NCBI RefSeq assembly: GCF_018350175.1
Contig: NC_058368.1
Coordinates: 220,474,001-220,538,000 of the forward strand
Direction of reading: 5' to 3'
Source: Felis catus
Lineage: Eukaryota
Length of the DNA: 64,000 nucleotides
Shown here: in pieces, positions 1 through 11,412 of the stretch
How the letters are laid out: the number at the start of each line of letters is the position of its first letter
How positions within the stretch are numbered: the first letter of the stretch is position 1
Notes under the pieces: model-generated
The model's database searches: none
Told to the model about the DNA's origin: nothing
Seen by the model: only the letters and a program-made list of their open reading frames with translations
Program-made: the position numbers and the translations under genes

Positions 1-91
1 GTTGTTTTCTATCCCCAGGTGATACAAGAAATGAAATGAGACTCTTCTAATAATGGAAGTTTTAGTTAAGGAAAATAACATCCCATAAATA

Positions 92-309
92 TATGTAAGT
101 CTGCAACGTTTTTCTATAAAGGTACAATTAATAAACATTTTAGGTATGGTGAGTTAAATCATCTCTGTCACAACTATTCACCTCTGCCACTGCAAGTCAA
201 GATGGTCAAAGACAATATTTAAATGAATGGGCATACTTTGTTCTAATAAAATATTATTTACAAAAAATTGTGGCAGGTATGTCTACAGTCCTCACTTTGC
301 CAATGTTTG
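92..309. mobile_element. MER58A-like hAT-Charlie MITE
   Basis: Colinear resemblance to remembered MER58A consensus (tttttctataaagg...tctctgtcacaactattcacctctgcc...aataaaatatttatttacaaaaa...tttgccaa); decayed TIRs. Confidence 0.75.
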
Positions 310-748
310 TACCAACATCAGTCTGTATCCTTTCTAGGGAAAGACTAAACATTCTAAAGTCTGCTGAAGAATGAACATTGATTACTTTATTCCATTAACC
401 TTGAATCGCTTTATTATTACTGCATCTTTTAAAGTTCTTTTGAGTGTTTTGCTCTGAGAATAAAATTGGCATTGTCTTATTGGAATTTTAGTTACACTTA
501 CATAATTGCAGTAAATTTACATTTAAGATGTGGTATTACATTTTCTAAGGGTAAGACCAACTACGACATGATAGAAGATGACAATAAGGAAAAATATCTG
601 GACAACTTTTCATGAAAAGAACTTGTTGAAAATATTATAACTTGTTAGTTTAACAAAGCAATTAAAATAAATAATTTCAACTTCCTTTAATAAAGTGTTT
701 AATGGGCATAAGATAAGGCAATGTAGATCTTCATCAATAAAAAAAGCC

Positions 749-1088
749 TTGCTAGTCCGTGGTCCTTTGGCTCCCAGATGAGTTCCTCACGCTTTCCTGG
801 TCCAGCTCTCTATCCTGAGATGGGAGATCCTCACAGCTAAACTTTCCAAACTCTCAGGCCAGCTGGTTATTTTGGGGTTTAGCAAGGAAGATAGATTACT
901 TGCTGCATGGTTTTGCCACAATTGATCTCTTTCCTTTGATCCTCTAGTTGCTTCTGATCTTTGTGTTACATCATTTCCCTCTGTTTGGCTTGGACCTTAC
1001 ATAACCAGAGCAACAAATTCCCTGCATTAAATTCCCACTGTTTCAATTATTTTCTCTGTTATTTCCTAAGAAGCTTCTGATCCACACA
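749..1088 (+). mobile_element. LTR33-like ERVL LTR remnant
   Basis: tggctcccagat..., aaactttccaaactc...ccagctgg and 3' aattccctgcattaaattcccactgttt resemble LTR33 family. Confidence 0.55.
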
Positions 1089-1444
1089 CACAAAAAGTGG
1101 TAAAATATCTAGTTAGGCATAGTTCCATATTTATATCTGGTTTCATATAACTCAACATAGCAAAAAACTATTTTTTCACTAGAGCCAAATGAACTGTTTA
1201 AATTAAGTTAATTTGTGATTGTGCTAAATAGCTTAATTATCTGGAAATGTTTTAAAACTTTTATATACTTTTCTACCTGGTGGGTTTAGTTAATGATGAC
1301 CTGCATGAGAAGCATAGATTTTATATAAACTCTTATTAAGCATTGTAAAATTTACCATAAAAATAAAGAAATTTACTTGAAGTTTATAAAATTATCCCTA
1401 TATCCTTTTCCATTTCCAGTTTAATGTGAAAAAATCAATTTCTT

Positions 1445-1660
1445 GGGGTGCCTGGGTGGCTCAGTAGGTTAACCATCTAACTCTTGGTTTTGGCTCAGGT
1501 CATGATCTCACAGTTTTGTGAGTTTGAGCTCTGCATCGGGCTCTGTGCTGACAGTGCAGAACCTGCTTGGGATCCTCTCTCTGTCTGTCTCTCTCCTTCT
1601 TCCCTCCCTCCCTCTATCTCTTTCAAATAAATAAACACACTTTAAAAATAAAAATAAAAA
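1445..1660 (+). mobile_element. CanSINE (tRNA-derived carnivore SINE)
   Basis: ggggtgcctgggtggctcagt head, (CT)n tract, AATAAA and A tail; degenerate TSD aaaaatcaatttctt/aaaaatgaatttatt. Confidence 0.95.
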
Positions 1661-1879
1661 ATGAATTTATTACAACATGGAATAATTGTTTTAGTAACCA
1701 TAATGTAGTTTTGTTTGTGAAAACTCTATATTCAAGATCACACTTTGCCTTGAGTAACTAGCTGTGTTGTAGTAGTAGTTGTTCAACTACTTTATAAAAT
1801 ACATATGAGAATATCACACAATTAACTTCTAGTGTTGTATTTCAGGAACAATTGACCCAATTTGATGTTATGGACAGAG

Positions 1880-2036
1880 TAAGCTCTGTCATAGCCAAGC
1901 CGTGTTAGGTTTCATAGCTTAATTGATCTCTCTGTGCATCGTTTAGAGCTTATAGAATATAATGGGTTATTATGAGAATTAAAAGAGATAATACGTGTCA
2001 ATCACCTGGCACAAAATTTGGCACTTGGTAGATCTT
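1880..2036 (+). mobile_element. MIR SINE fragment
   Basis: gggttattatgagaattaaaagagataatacgtgt...cctggcac MIR 3' motif. Confidence 0.6.
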
Positions 2037-3309
2037 GATTTCCTTCTTTTAAAACAGATTGCCTTGGTGATGGTCATTTTTAACTATAAATAATAAAAGT
2101 CTGTTGATTTTTTTATTCTGCTAGAACTCACTAAAACCAAGTTTGTCCTTGTTTGTTTTCCTCAAAGCAAAGTTATTAGGGAAATCACATGAATGTTTTT
2201 TGGATCAGAACATACCATCATTTCTGAAATGTGAAAATGGTTACTTTTTGGGTTTTTTAAATTTAAATCATAGAAGGTTTCTCTTATGAGTGTAAAACAA
2301 GCCTATAATTTCTGAAAATATTCTCAAAATATTTTTATGTGATTTCATTCTAATTCTTAACCCTAATAAGGTTATTTTCAATCCGGCAGATTAAACCTAT
2401 ATATAAAACCTGTTTTAACGAGGAAAACTCCTCTGGACTTTTTTATTAAACTCTAAAATGAGTGCTCTAGGCGGAATAACAAGCTGCTGATGAAGATATT
2501 TTTTATCTAAAATTTAATAAGTTTATTAGATGAAAGTCTCTAATGCCTACTTTCATTTCAATTCTGCTATACATAATCAACTCTAGTAATCATATTCCAA
2601 ATTGGACATTCTAGAATGAATGGCCATGGCAAGTATATTCAATAGTCACATGGCCTATATTAAAATCTTATTCTTAATGCATACTCCTAAAGTTAGCAAT
2701 GCGTCTAAATACAAATACATTTAATAAATAGGCATTTGAGACTTAAGGTGAAGGTGGAAGGTTAGAACTAGCTTTTAATTCTCTATCTCCTCTAAAATAT
2801 TCCTGTAATATCTTTATAAGAAGCAAAAATATAAAAGGTATTTTCATCAACAATAAAACTAAGTAATGACAGCTACATACTATGATATATTTATATAATA
2901 TTTGGTAGAATTCACTTAGAAATGAAGGAGGATGCCCAGAGCCAACCTGTGGCACCCATTCACAAGAAAATGGGTCCTGTTGTAAGAATGAATCATCAGC
3001 CATCTAATGAAGTCTGTATTTTTAAATATTCCTCCAAATGTGACTAAAGAAAATTGTGAATTAAGAAGACAGCCTCCCAGTCATAAAACGTAAGGACAGA
3101 GAGAAGACATGGAGAAATGTCACACCAGTGTCCTCTGACCTGGCCTACTCATTGGAGGAATAGATCTGTCTAAATTAGAGTTCTATTCCTAAAGATGAAT
3201 TAAGCAATGCACGCAAGACTGTAAACTGATTAAGTTTTGCAAAGATAGACTAATTTCCCTTTAATCTCATGTTTCTGCAGTCTTTCTCACCTCGGTTACT
3301 GACCCAACA

Positions 3310-3574
3310 ATGCCCCCAATTGCTCAAAGGACAAATCATGCTGTTAACTTTCATTCTTACCTTTACCTCATTCTGTAGAACTTATTCTGATCAAGTCTTT
3401 ACTTCCAAAATATGCTTCATGGCCACTAACTTGTCTCCATCTCCCTTTGTTCCTGCGTCATCATCTGTGCTGGAGTCAAGAAAAAGGGCTTCGATCTGAT
3501 CTTGCTGATTAAATACTTGCCTCATCTAACTAAATTATTCACACAACAGCCTATGCCGATTTAATATAAACAGA

Positions 3575-3616
<42 letters not shown>

Positions 3617-3636
3617 TTTTTGTCTGCTTAAAACTC
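3310..3636 (+). mobile_element. L2 LINE fragment
   Basis: caattgctcaa..., tacttccaaaatat..., tctccatctcc, cacacaacagcc, tgcttaaaactc follow L2 consensus order. Confidence 0.55.
3574..3613. repeat. (TAAA)n microsatellite
   Basis: Direct read. Confidence 0.95.
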
Positions 3637-3945
3637 TTCAAACTAGGTTCAGAAGGAATTTTAACTCTTTCTGTAAAGCCAAAATTACCCTGATACCGAA
3701 ACCAGACAAAGGCACCACAAGAAAGCTATAAAAATTTCTGATGAAGATAGATGCAAAAATCCTCAACAAAATATCAGTAAGTAGAATCCAGCAATGTACA
3801 AAAATAATTATACACCGTGACCATGTGGGGTGTATCCCAGGTATATAAGCCTGGCTCAACTTTTGAAAATTAAGTAATGTTGATGTAAAACATCAACGGG
3901 ATGAAGAAAAAAAGTCACATGACCATAGCAATAGATGCAAAACTA
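3637..3945 (+). mobile_element. Old L1 ORF2 (RT region) fragment
   Basis: attaccctgataccgaaaccagacaaag, atagatgcaaaaatcctcaacaaaata ([18 protein letters not shown] motifs), disrupted. Confidence 0.9.
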
Positions 3946-4006
3946 CAAAAAGGCCAAAGCTATAAAAACAAACAAACAAGCAAACAAAATACGAAATAAA
4001 ATAACT

Positions 4007-4140
4007 CAAGGAAACTTTTGGACATGATGGACATGTCTGTTAACTCGATTGTGGTGAAAGTTTCACAAGTATACCCATATGTCCAAACTCATCAAATTAG
4101 AGACATTAAAAGTGTACAGTTTCTTTATATCAATTATACC
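4007..4140 (+). mobile_element. Old L1 (L1MC/MD-like) 3' end
   Basis: ggaaacttttggacatgatgga...gattgtggtga...caaactcatcaaatt...tcaattatacc. Confidence 0.75.
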
Positions 4141-5174
4141 ACATGATGTTTCTCTTATTTTTTAAAAAGCACTGCAAGTAACTCTCTCTTCACTTATTAT
4201 TGCCCTCATCCAAGCTTAACTAAGAATCTTTGATATGGCATGTTAGCATAGTGACTGATGTGTTAGAGATTTCATCAATATTTGTTGAATCAATAATGAA
4301 TAAAAGACTGAATATTTACAGAACTGTTTTTTAAATTGAGTGTGACAATTATATAGCCAGCTAAGTTATTATTATGTGATGAAATTTGGAATATCTTCTA
4401 AAATATGGAAGATGTTGCATGTATAACAACATTTAAAGCAAAGTCTACTTGATTCTGTGTTCTGTTGATTAACTTGAGCAATTGATCATGGTAAAAATCC
4501 ACAATAGGGAAGTTTTATTAAAATGGGTTTGAAAATGAGCATGAGAATCATTTAAATACAAAAATAACTATGTTATAAAAATATTAAATATGGCTACAAA
4601 ATAAATGCTAATTTATGAATCATGAATAGATAAAGCAATGCAAAATAATTATTATAATTATTTTATTATTTTTATTTTACCTTTTGAACTATGGACAAAA
4701 ATTCAAGATCATGCCAACAAAAGATGTACCTCATGGGCAGGTATTGAAAGTGTAAGTGTCCAAAATAGTTTGGTTCATCAGGGAGACATTGATATTATTT
4801 TATTTTTTTAATTATTCACATTAGTAAATTGGGTAATAGGGCTACATTAAAGTATAAAAACAAGTAATGATAAAAGTATGATAAAGTTATGTTTTCTAAG
4901 TCACTAGGTGTGTGCAGAGTATATGGTAGTATTAATAATCAAGACAGATGCCATCAACAGTAGAAAGTAAAAATATATAAAGAAAACACTTAAAATAGAT
5001 ATTATAAATCAAGGTGATAGCAATGATGCTATAGGTATTATATTTATGATTTAAATTAAGTTAATCATCAGCAGGAATCACCTTTATAATTATATAACAC
5101 AATAAAGTTAATATTCTGAAATCATAAGCAGATATTTGTAGAGAAAAGAAAAGTTGTAATGAAAGCCACTGAGA

Positions 5175-5380
5175 GGGGCACCTGGTGGCTCACTCAGTTG
5201 AGTGTTTGACCCTTGGTTTTGGCTCAGGTAATGATCTCACAGTTCATGGGTTCAAGCCCTGCATCGGGCTCTGTGCTGGCAGCACGGAGCCTGCTTGGAT
5301 TCTCTCTGTCCCTTTCTCTACGCTCCTCCCCAACTGGTGCTAACTCTGTCTCTCTCAAATAAATTTTAAAAAAAATTTAA
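5175..5380 (+). mobile_element. CanSINE
   Basis: Head, CT tract, A tail; degenerate TSD aaagccactgaga/aaagcaatgaga. Confidence 0.95.
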
Positions 5381-5703
5381 AAAGCAATGAGAAAAAACAG
5401 TTTTTCTTCTTCAATTATGGGCAATTTTGTTTAAGAGCAAAATCCATTTCCTTAATTTGGTATGCTCTATGGGGTCAATGTTAAGTATAGTAAGTATTTG
5501 GAAATGATGTTTAGAGGAAAATATATAATAAAGTATCCTGTTTTACATGTGTATTTCACAAAAATAATATGAACTATTAATATAATATAAAATATATTAT
5601 ACATACACTAGATAAAGTGTATTAATATAGTATAGAACATTTTGTCTGCAATGTATATTAAATAGACATAAAATGTGTCAAGTTGGTAGTTTTCAATAAA
5701 ACC

Positions 5704-6460
5704 TGTGCCCGTTAGGAAGGTACAGTGAGCAGTAAAGACAATAACAGGCTGAAACGATGGTACATTCTTGCTGCCTCACCACTGAGGTGAACCTGGACAG
5801 GGCTGGGTTCCAACCAAATGGACCATAAGCTAGTGAGATCCCCTTTGAACTTGGAATCGTGCCATATAGCTTTCCAGTAGTGAAGGTAGGGCGACCTGTG
5901 GTTTAGTTAACTCTAAATCAAGGTCAAATTTGGGAAAAGAATTTGCAAGGAGTATTTAGACCCCACACAGGAGAACAATTGGAAGTACCTGGGCTGTGAA
6001 TAAAAAGGCCAGAACAGAACCTTCTTGGTTATTGTGGAGTTGCTGCTTAGCTTGCTATCATGGTTCTAATCAGGGAAAGTGAACCGAATGTTGATGATCT
6101 CTTTTCCCTTACTTGTTGCCACATCACTACTTAGAAGAAAGTCTTCACTGGGGGAAGCAGTCCGTCTCTTGGCATATTTATAAGGTGCCATTGGAAGGTA
6201 GACTTCCCACAGACTTGATTGAGTGGTCTCCTTGTCACTCCTGCTAAGTTGGCCTCCTGACTTTATCTCAAGAAAACAAACGAGGGAGTTAACATGAATC
6301 ACAAAGTTTGTGCTCTTATTAATTGATTTGTTATGATTGGCAAGTGAAATAAAAGCCTGATGTGTTGATGAAGTGACAGAAGGTGTAGATCTCAGTGTCA
6401 GATGTGGAAGAAAGGACCGACACCAAACTGGGTTGAACTCAGAGATTATTGGGATGTGCA
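5704..6460 (+). mobile_element. Possible ancient LTR, family not assigned
   Basis: GC-richer block bounded by TG...CA with AATAAA ~110 bp before the end; no TSD seen. Confidence 0.3.
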
Positions 6461-7762
6461 TGAATGTGGGGAAGACATCAGACTTTTATCTTCTTATATA
6501 TCCCTGGGCTTTTAACTGGAAGTAACAAATGTGCACTAAGTTTAGAGTTTAAAATCCAAAGTAAAAGCAAAGGGAGAATGGTAGCTCTCGCAAACAATAG
6601 AATTGAAATAAAATTGTGGCTCATTAAGCTTGAAAAATTGGGTAATCTTTATCTTTTTTTGGCAGCTATTTGGTCCAAAATTGATAAACTATGTATTCAA
6701 TTAATGATAAAACCATGGTTTAAAATAATATATAAATTGTGTTGGTTTGTGCCTAAGCAGAAATATATAACTAGAAATTTTATAACAACTTTTAGTTTGC
6801 TTGCTGAGAGTACACGTTTGCCCTAATAGCATGTGAATCTATTATCCATCTTTCTTATATCCAATTTATGTATGATTTTCAGGAGAGGTATATAAAAATT
6901 AATGGACTGCTTATAATCATCAATATGTTCTCCAGGGTAATATCTGAAAATCAGCAAATTATGGAGTATATTCTTATCATTCCATTTACACTTTTGTCTA
7001 GGAATAAGCCTCACAGAAATGACTTATTTTTATCCTCTGCACAAAGTATTAAGCTATTGCACGCCACCATATTTAATGTTTATTTAATTCTTTGTTCATC
7101 CTCTCTAAACATTAGGGAGTTTCATTTCACTTATTCATTTATTATCGCTGAAAAGACTTGACACCTCACTGGACATACCTTCTGATAGATTTGAGCACCC
7201 CATATAGAATATATTATGCAAAATTTAAAAACTGAAAAATCTTAAGGAATTCGATGACTAAGTAGGAATCAGATTTATCCATGCATGGTGCTTTTAAACT
7301 TCAAAGTGGTGCACACTACCATAGCTGTGTGTCTGGAGTTTTTCTGTTCTCCAATGTAAGATGTTTAGTGACGTTTTGGGGTTTTGTTGTTGTTGTTGTT
7401 TAAATCAAAAAGAAATGTCAAAGCATGAAGTTAAAATTAATCTAAACTGTGGAGTATCACGGTTATCTCTCTCAAAGAGATACTATTCTTTTTCATTTTC
7501 TAAATACTTCCAACCAAGGTAAACTTTCATTTGTACTCATTCTCAGCCCGTTTCTCTTTTCCTTCCCCCGCCCCCCCCCCCAATGTGTTCAGTGGCTGGA
7601 TTCCATTCATAAGTCATTGTAAAAGCTTGCTTGACATGGAGGAAACGTGTAGACTTTCTATGTTATGAGAATAGAAGGGATATCTCCTCAAATTAGGAGT
7701 AGTACCTGCATGTGCCTGATTAAATTTATAATTATTTGCTTTCTTGGTTGAGGCCAGCCATT

Positions 7763-7900
7763 ATGCCAAACACTCCATATATTACATGATTGAATTTTAT
7801 CAATAGCCTGATGAGGTGAGGTGGTTCAACTATCATTCCCATTTTTATCCATAAATAAACTGAAATGTATAAGGTTAAATGATTGTGACAAAGTTTATAA
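7763..7900 (-). mobile_element. MIR fragment
   Basis: tatcattcccatttttatccataaataaactgaaatgtataaggttaaatgattg (MIR core, reverse). Confidence 0.6.
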
Positions 7901-8275
7901 TGAGACATAAATCCCCAGTGTGATACTTAAAGCAGCCATGGTCAGAAACAGTGACAGAGTGGCTGGTGCATTGCGGCTACAGTTGAGGTGTGTGCTTTGA
8001 GTGATGCCCTAGTACCATCATTTTCTGTTCTGAGTGGACAGGAGATTTTATCTCTCTTAGGTCCAAATCTCATACAGGCCCCTGGTCTGAGTTTGCAATG
8101 AAAATATTTTTAGTTTCATATCATTAAAATATGGATGCTAAACATGAACAATTGCAATTGCTAACTCAGTGGTTTTCTTGTTTAATTCTGCTTCACAGTT
8201 GAGTATGGGAAGAATTATAACCAAATCAAAGGTGAGGATATAGTAGGGATTACAAAAGGAGTCAGATAAATATAT

Positions 8276-8313
8276 TTGTGAGACGGAAGCACTACCGACT
8301 GAGCTAATGAGGC
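8276..8313 (-). pseudogene. 5'-half tRNA-Met(CAT)-like fragment
   Basis: Reverse complement GCCTCATTAGCTCAGTCGGTAGTGCTTCCGTCTCACAA matches remembered elongator tRNA-Met nt 1-38 at 31/38 without gaps; ends in anticodon loop. Confidence 0.65.
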
Positions 8314-8604
8314 AGAATTTTTAAAAATAATCCTATTGTTAATCTACCCACCATAATGTCTAATTACAGACATGTTGTAGTCATTACATCCGCATGAAAA
8401 AAAAAGGAAAAACTCAGCCAAAATCGTTTGATGTGTGAATATACAGCCTTCTTTATAGTAGTAAACAACATTGATAGTGATTTTGATTTATGTCCGACCT
8501 TCAGAGCACCTATTGTTTTTATGCTGTAATTAGTTTAACACTTATTTTAGGTAACTTCTTGTGCTCACAATATATTACTAGTTTTGTTTAAAAATACTTT
8601 TGAG

Positions 8605-8819
8605 GGGGCGCCTGGGTGGCTCAGTCAGTTAAGCGTCCGACTTCAGCTCAGGTCACGATCTCACGGTCCGTGAGTTCGAGCCCCGCGTCGGGCTCTGGGC
8701 TGATGGCTCAGAGCCTGGAGCCTGCTTCCAATTCTGTGTCTCCCTCTCTCTCTGCCCCTCCCCCGTTCATGCTCTGTCTCTCTCTGTCTCAAAAATAAAT
8801 ACAGGTTAAAAAAATTAAA
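8605..8819 (+). mobile_element. Young feline SINE (SINEC_Fc type)
   Basis: CpG-rich body; perfect 15 bp TSD aaaaatacttttgag 8590-8604/8820-8834. Confidence 0.98.
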
Positions 8820-9560
8820 AAAAATACTTTTGAGTTTTATACAATATTTTCTTTTACTCTACCTGTTTATATCTACTTGGTCAGGGTTCAAACCAGAAGA
8901 TAGTAATTGGTACTACTCACCTATATTAAAACATCAGCTTTAAAGCAAATTACACATTGACAAGGCTTATGTGAGTTTCAATATTTGCATTCTTTGAGTG
9001 AGTCTCTCAATTTTACTCTGCTTTTGTCACCTAAATTCTATGAGCTTAGTATTGTTATGAGGTGACAAAATTGAGGTAAAGAACACGGAACTTACAGCTG
9101 CATTGCTGGTAAATAGTAGATCTACTATCTGAATCCAGAGATCCAAACTAGTGCCATGGGGAAATTTTATGAACAGCAACAATGAAAACAAAAACAATTA
9201 AGGCAACAAGAAACTCTCTCTATGAGGCTTTTGTACCTCCTCCAGCTTGATCTAAGCTGAATCTCATGTAAAATTCCTTTATTTAGGTGAGAGTTATGCC
9301 TGGATGGCCTATAATAAAACAACACTGGGCAACCTGCCTTTGACCCATTTACCTTAGGTCTAAACCCAGATGTCCCTCCTCTTTTTCTTACCTGCTGATA
9401 GGGAAGGCAGGCATGTGTATAGCAAAACTTTCTATGGAACAGGCAATGCAGAAAGGAAATGCATTAGCACCTTTAATTCATATTCTTTCCTCTTTTGACT
9501 CATCCTCTATGAGTATGGGCCAGTCAGAAGAATGAGCAGGGGCGGGAGAAGATTTAGAAT

Positions 9561-9695
9561 AAAAAAGAAAGGAAAGAAGGAAGGAAGGAAAGAAGGGAGG
9601 GAGGGAGGAAGGGAGGAAGGAAGGAAAAAGAAAGGAAGGAAGGAAGGAAGGAAGGAAAGGGGGAAGGGACGGAGGGAGGGAAGGAAGGAAGAAAA
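9561..9695. repeat. (GGAA)/(GGGA)n polypurine tract
   Basis: Direct read. Confidence 0.95.
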
Positions 9696-9979
9696 TCATT
9701 TTGCTGAACCTGAAATTAAACTTTAAATCCTACAGGGAAGAGGCAGGAAGAGTGAATAGATTGGCGATTCAGGCAAAAGAGATGTTTAATGGAAAGAATA
9801 CTGAGGAGGAGAGAAGACAGAACTGAGAAAAAAGTAGTGACCAGTATGGGACAGCATTCACACGGTCACAAGGGAATGCAATAAATGGTCAGGACTGAAG
9901 CCAGGATGTCAGAAGTTGAAAGGATGTTTTTCTTATTGGCCTTCTCGTAAATAAGCAGCAGCCAGGGAGGCGTTGCACA

Positions 9980-10200
9980 CCATAGTCTTGCAGATGGCCT
10001 TTGGGGCACATCTGATTGTGTTCAAATCCTGGCTGTGTAATTTATTAGCTCTGTCTCCTTCAAAATATGACTTAATTCCTCTCTACCTCAACTTACTCGT
10101 ATTAGAAATGATAACATGAAATCAAAGAGGAGGCTGGTGGACGTTAAGTGAAGTAGAAGACTTCCTGTCACCCAAATGTCCAATAAACATTACCTATTAG
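9980..10200 (+). mobile_element. MIR fragment
   Basis: gttcaaatcctggctgtgtaatttattagctctgt...acttaattcctctctacctca. Confidence 0.6.
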
Positions 10201-10570
10201 TAATGTGTTACTAATCTTGCCTATCCTAAACTCTTCCTCTTTATAAGAGTGAGGCATCTAAATCACATCCAAACCTCTTTCTCCTCTGTTCCATCCACAC
10301 TCTGTTATGACAAGAATGATTAAAAGCCGATACACAACCTCTTCTGGGTTTTTGGCTGCTTCTTTATTTTCCATCTGAAATATTCTTGGAGCACTAGCTC
10401 CTGAAGCACAAACAACTTACAATTCCCTACAAGAATAGTGATGCTTCTCATATCCTTGCCTTGTCAATCCTGGTCTGCTTGGAGATTTATTCTTCACTGC
10501 ACATTTACCCCCATCAATAAATCCTACCATTCATTCAACATGTCGACCAATATTATTATTATTAACAATC

Positions 10571-10960
10571 TGTATATGTTATCTGTTAATGCACAACAAA
10601 CTGCCAAAAATTTAGCAACCTAAGAGCTCACACATACATTTCATATCTCACAGTGTCTGTGGACTCAGCTTCAGGAAGTGCACTGCCTCAGGGCCTCACC
10701 AAAGACTGGAATCAAAATGTCATCTGGGTTTGTATTCACCCTAAAGCTCAACTGGGAAAAGATCAATTTTCAAATTCATGTGTTTGATAGCACAATTGAA
10801 TTTTGGAGGGGGGGTGTTGGACTGGGGACCTCAGTTTCCAGCTGACTCATGGCAAAAGGCCACTCATAGTTCCTCGTCACATGGACCCACAGCACTGCAA
10901 TTTGTTTCATTTAAGGCAAGAGTCAATCTACTGGCAAGATGGAAGTTGGAGGCTTCTTAA
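10571..10960 (-). mobile_element. MLT1-type MaLR LTR remnant
   Basis: tgtatatgttatctgttaatgcacaacaaactgccaaaaatttagc...tctcacagtgtctgtgg is a reverse MLT1 3' end. Confidence 0.7.
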
Positions 10961-11198
10961 GCCCCCTCTTTCAGGAAGGTCCCCTACTTGTCCAAAGTAG
11001 ACTAAAGCAATTGAAATTACTATGTTATTTTATAGCTATTTGATTTGCATTTCTTACCCTAAGGCTTGCAAGACATCAGAGTCTGTGTCCTTACATCTTT
11101 ATTTTTGCAGCATATGACTAACAATATGTGCTTAGTCAATTCAGGAATTAAATCTATAGATGTATTGTCACTCAGTTTTTGATGAATGAAGATATTTT

Positions 11199-11412
11199 GG
11201 GGGTTGCCTGGATGGCTCAGTCGGTTGAGCGTCCGACTTCGGCTCAGGTCATGATCTCACAGCTCGTGAGTTCGAGCCCCACGTCGGGCTCTGTGTTGAC
11301 AGCTCAGAGCCTGGAGCCTGCTTTGGATTCTGTGACTCCCTCTCTCTCTGTCCCTAACCCACTCGCATTCTGTCTCTGTCTCTCCCAAAAATAAATAAAC
11401 ATTAAAAAAATT
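11199..11412 (+). mobile_element. Feline SINE (SINEC_Fc type)
   Basis: Full head, cagagcctggagcctg motif, CT tract, A tail. Confidence 0.97.

Noticed and set aside
19..94. Possible 76 bp exon (ttttctatccccag ... gtaagt)
   Set aside because: No partner exons or coding signal; the donor falls at the decayed MITE end; such pairs arise by chance
8616..8798. Recurrent peptide family MAQSVKRPTSAQV... (also 11179, 35118, 37895, 46660 and others)
   Set aside because: These are reading frames of SINE copies, mostly with non-ATG starts, not a gene family
9478..9726. Low-complexity ORFs rich in P/S/F or E/R/K (also 45635-46009)
   Set aside because: Translations of purine/pyrimidine microsatellites
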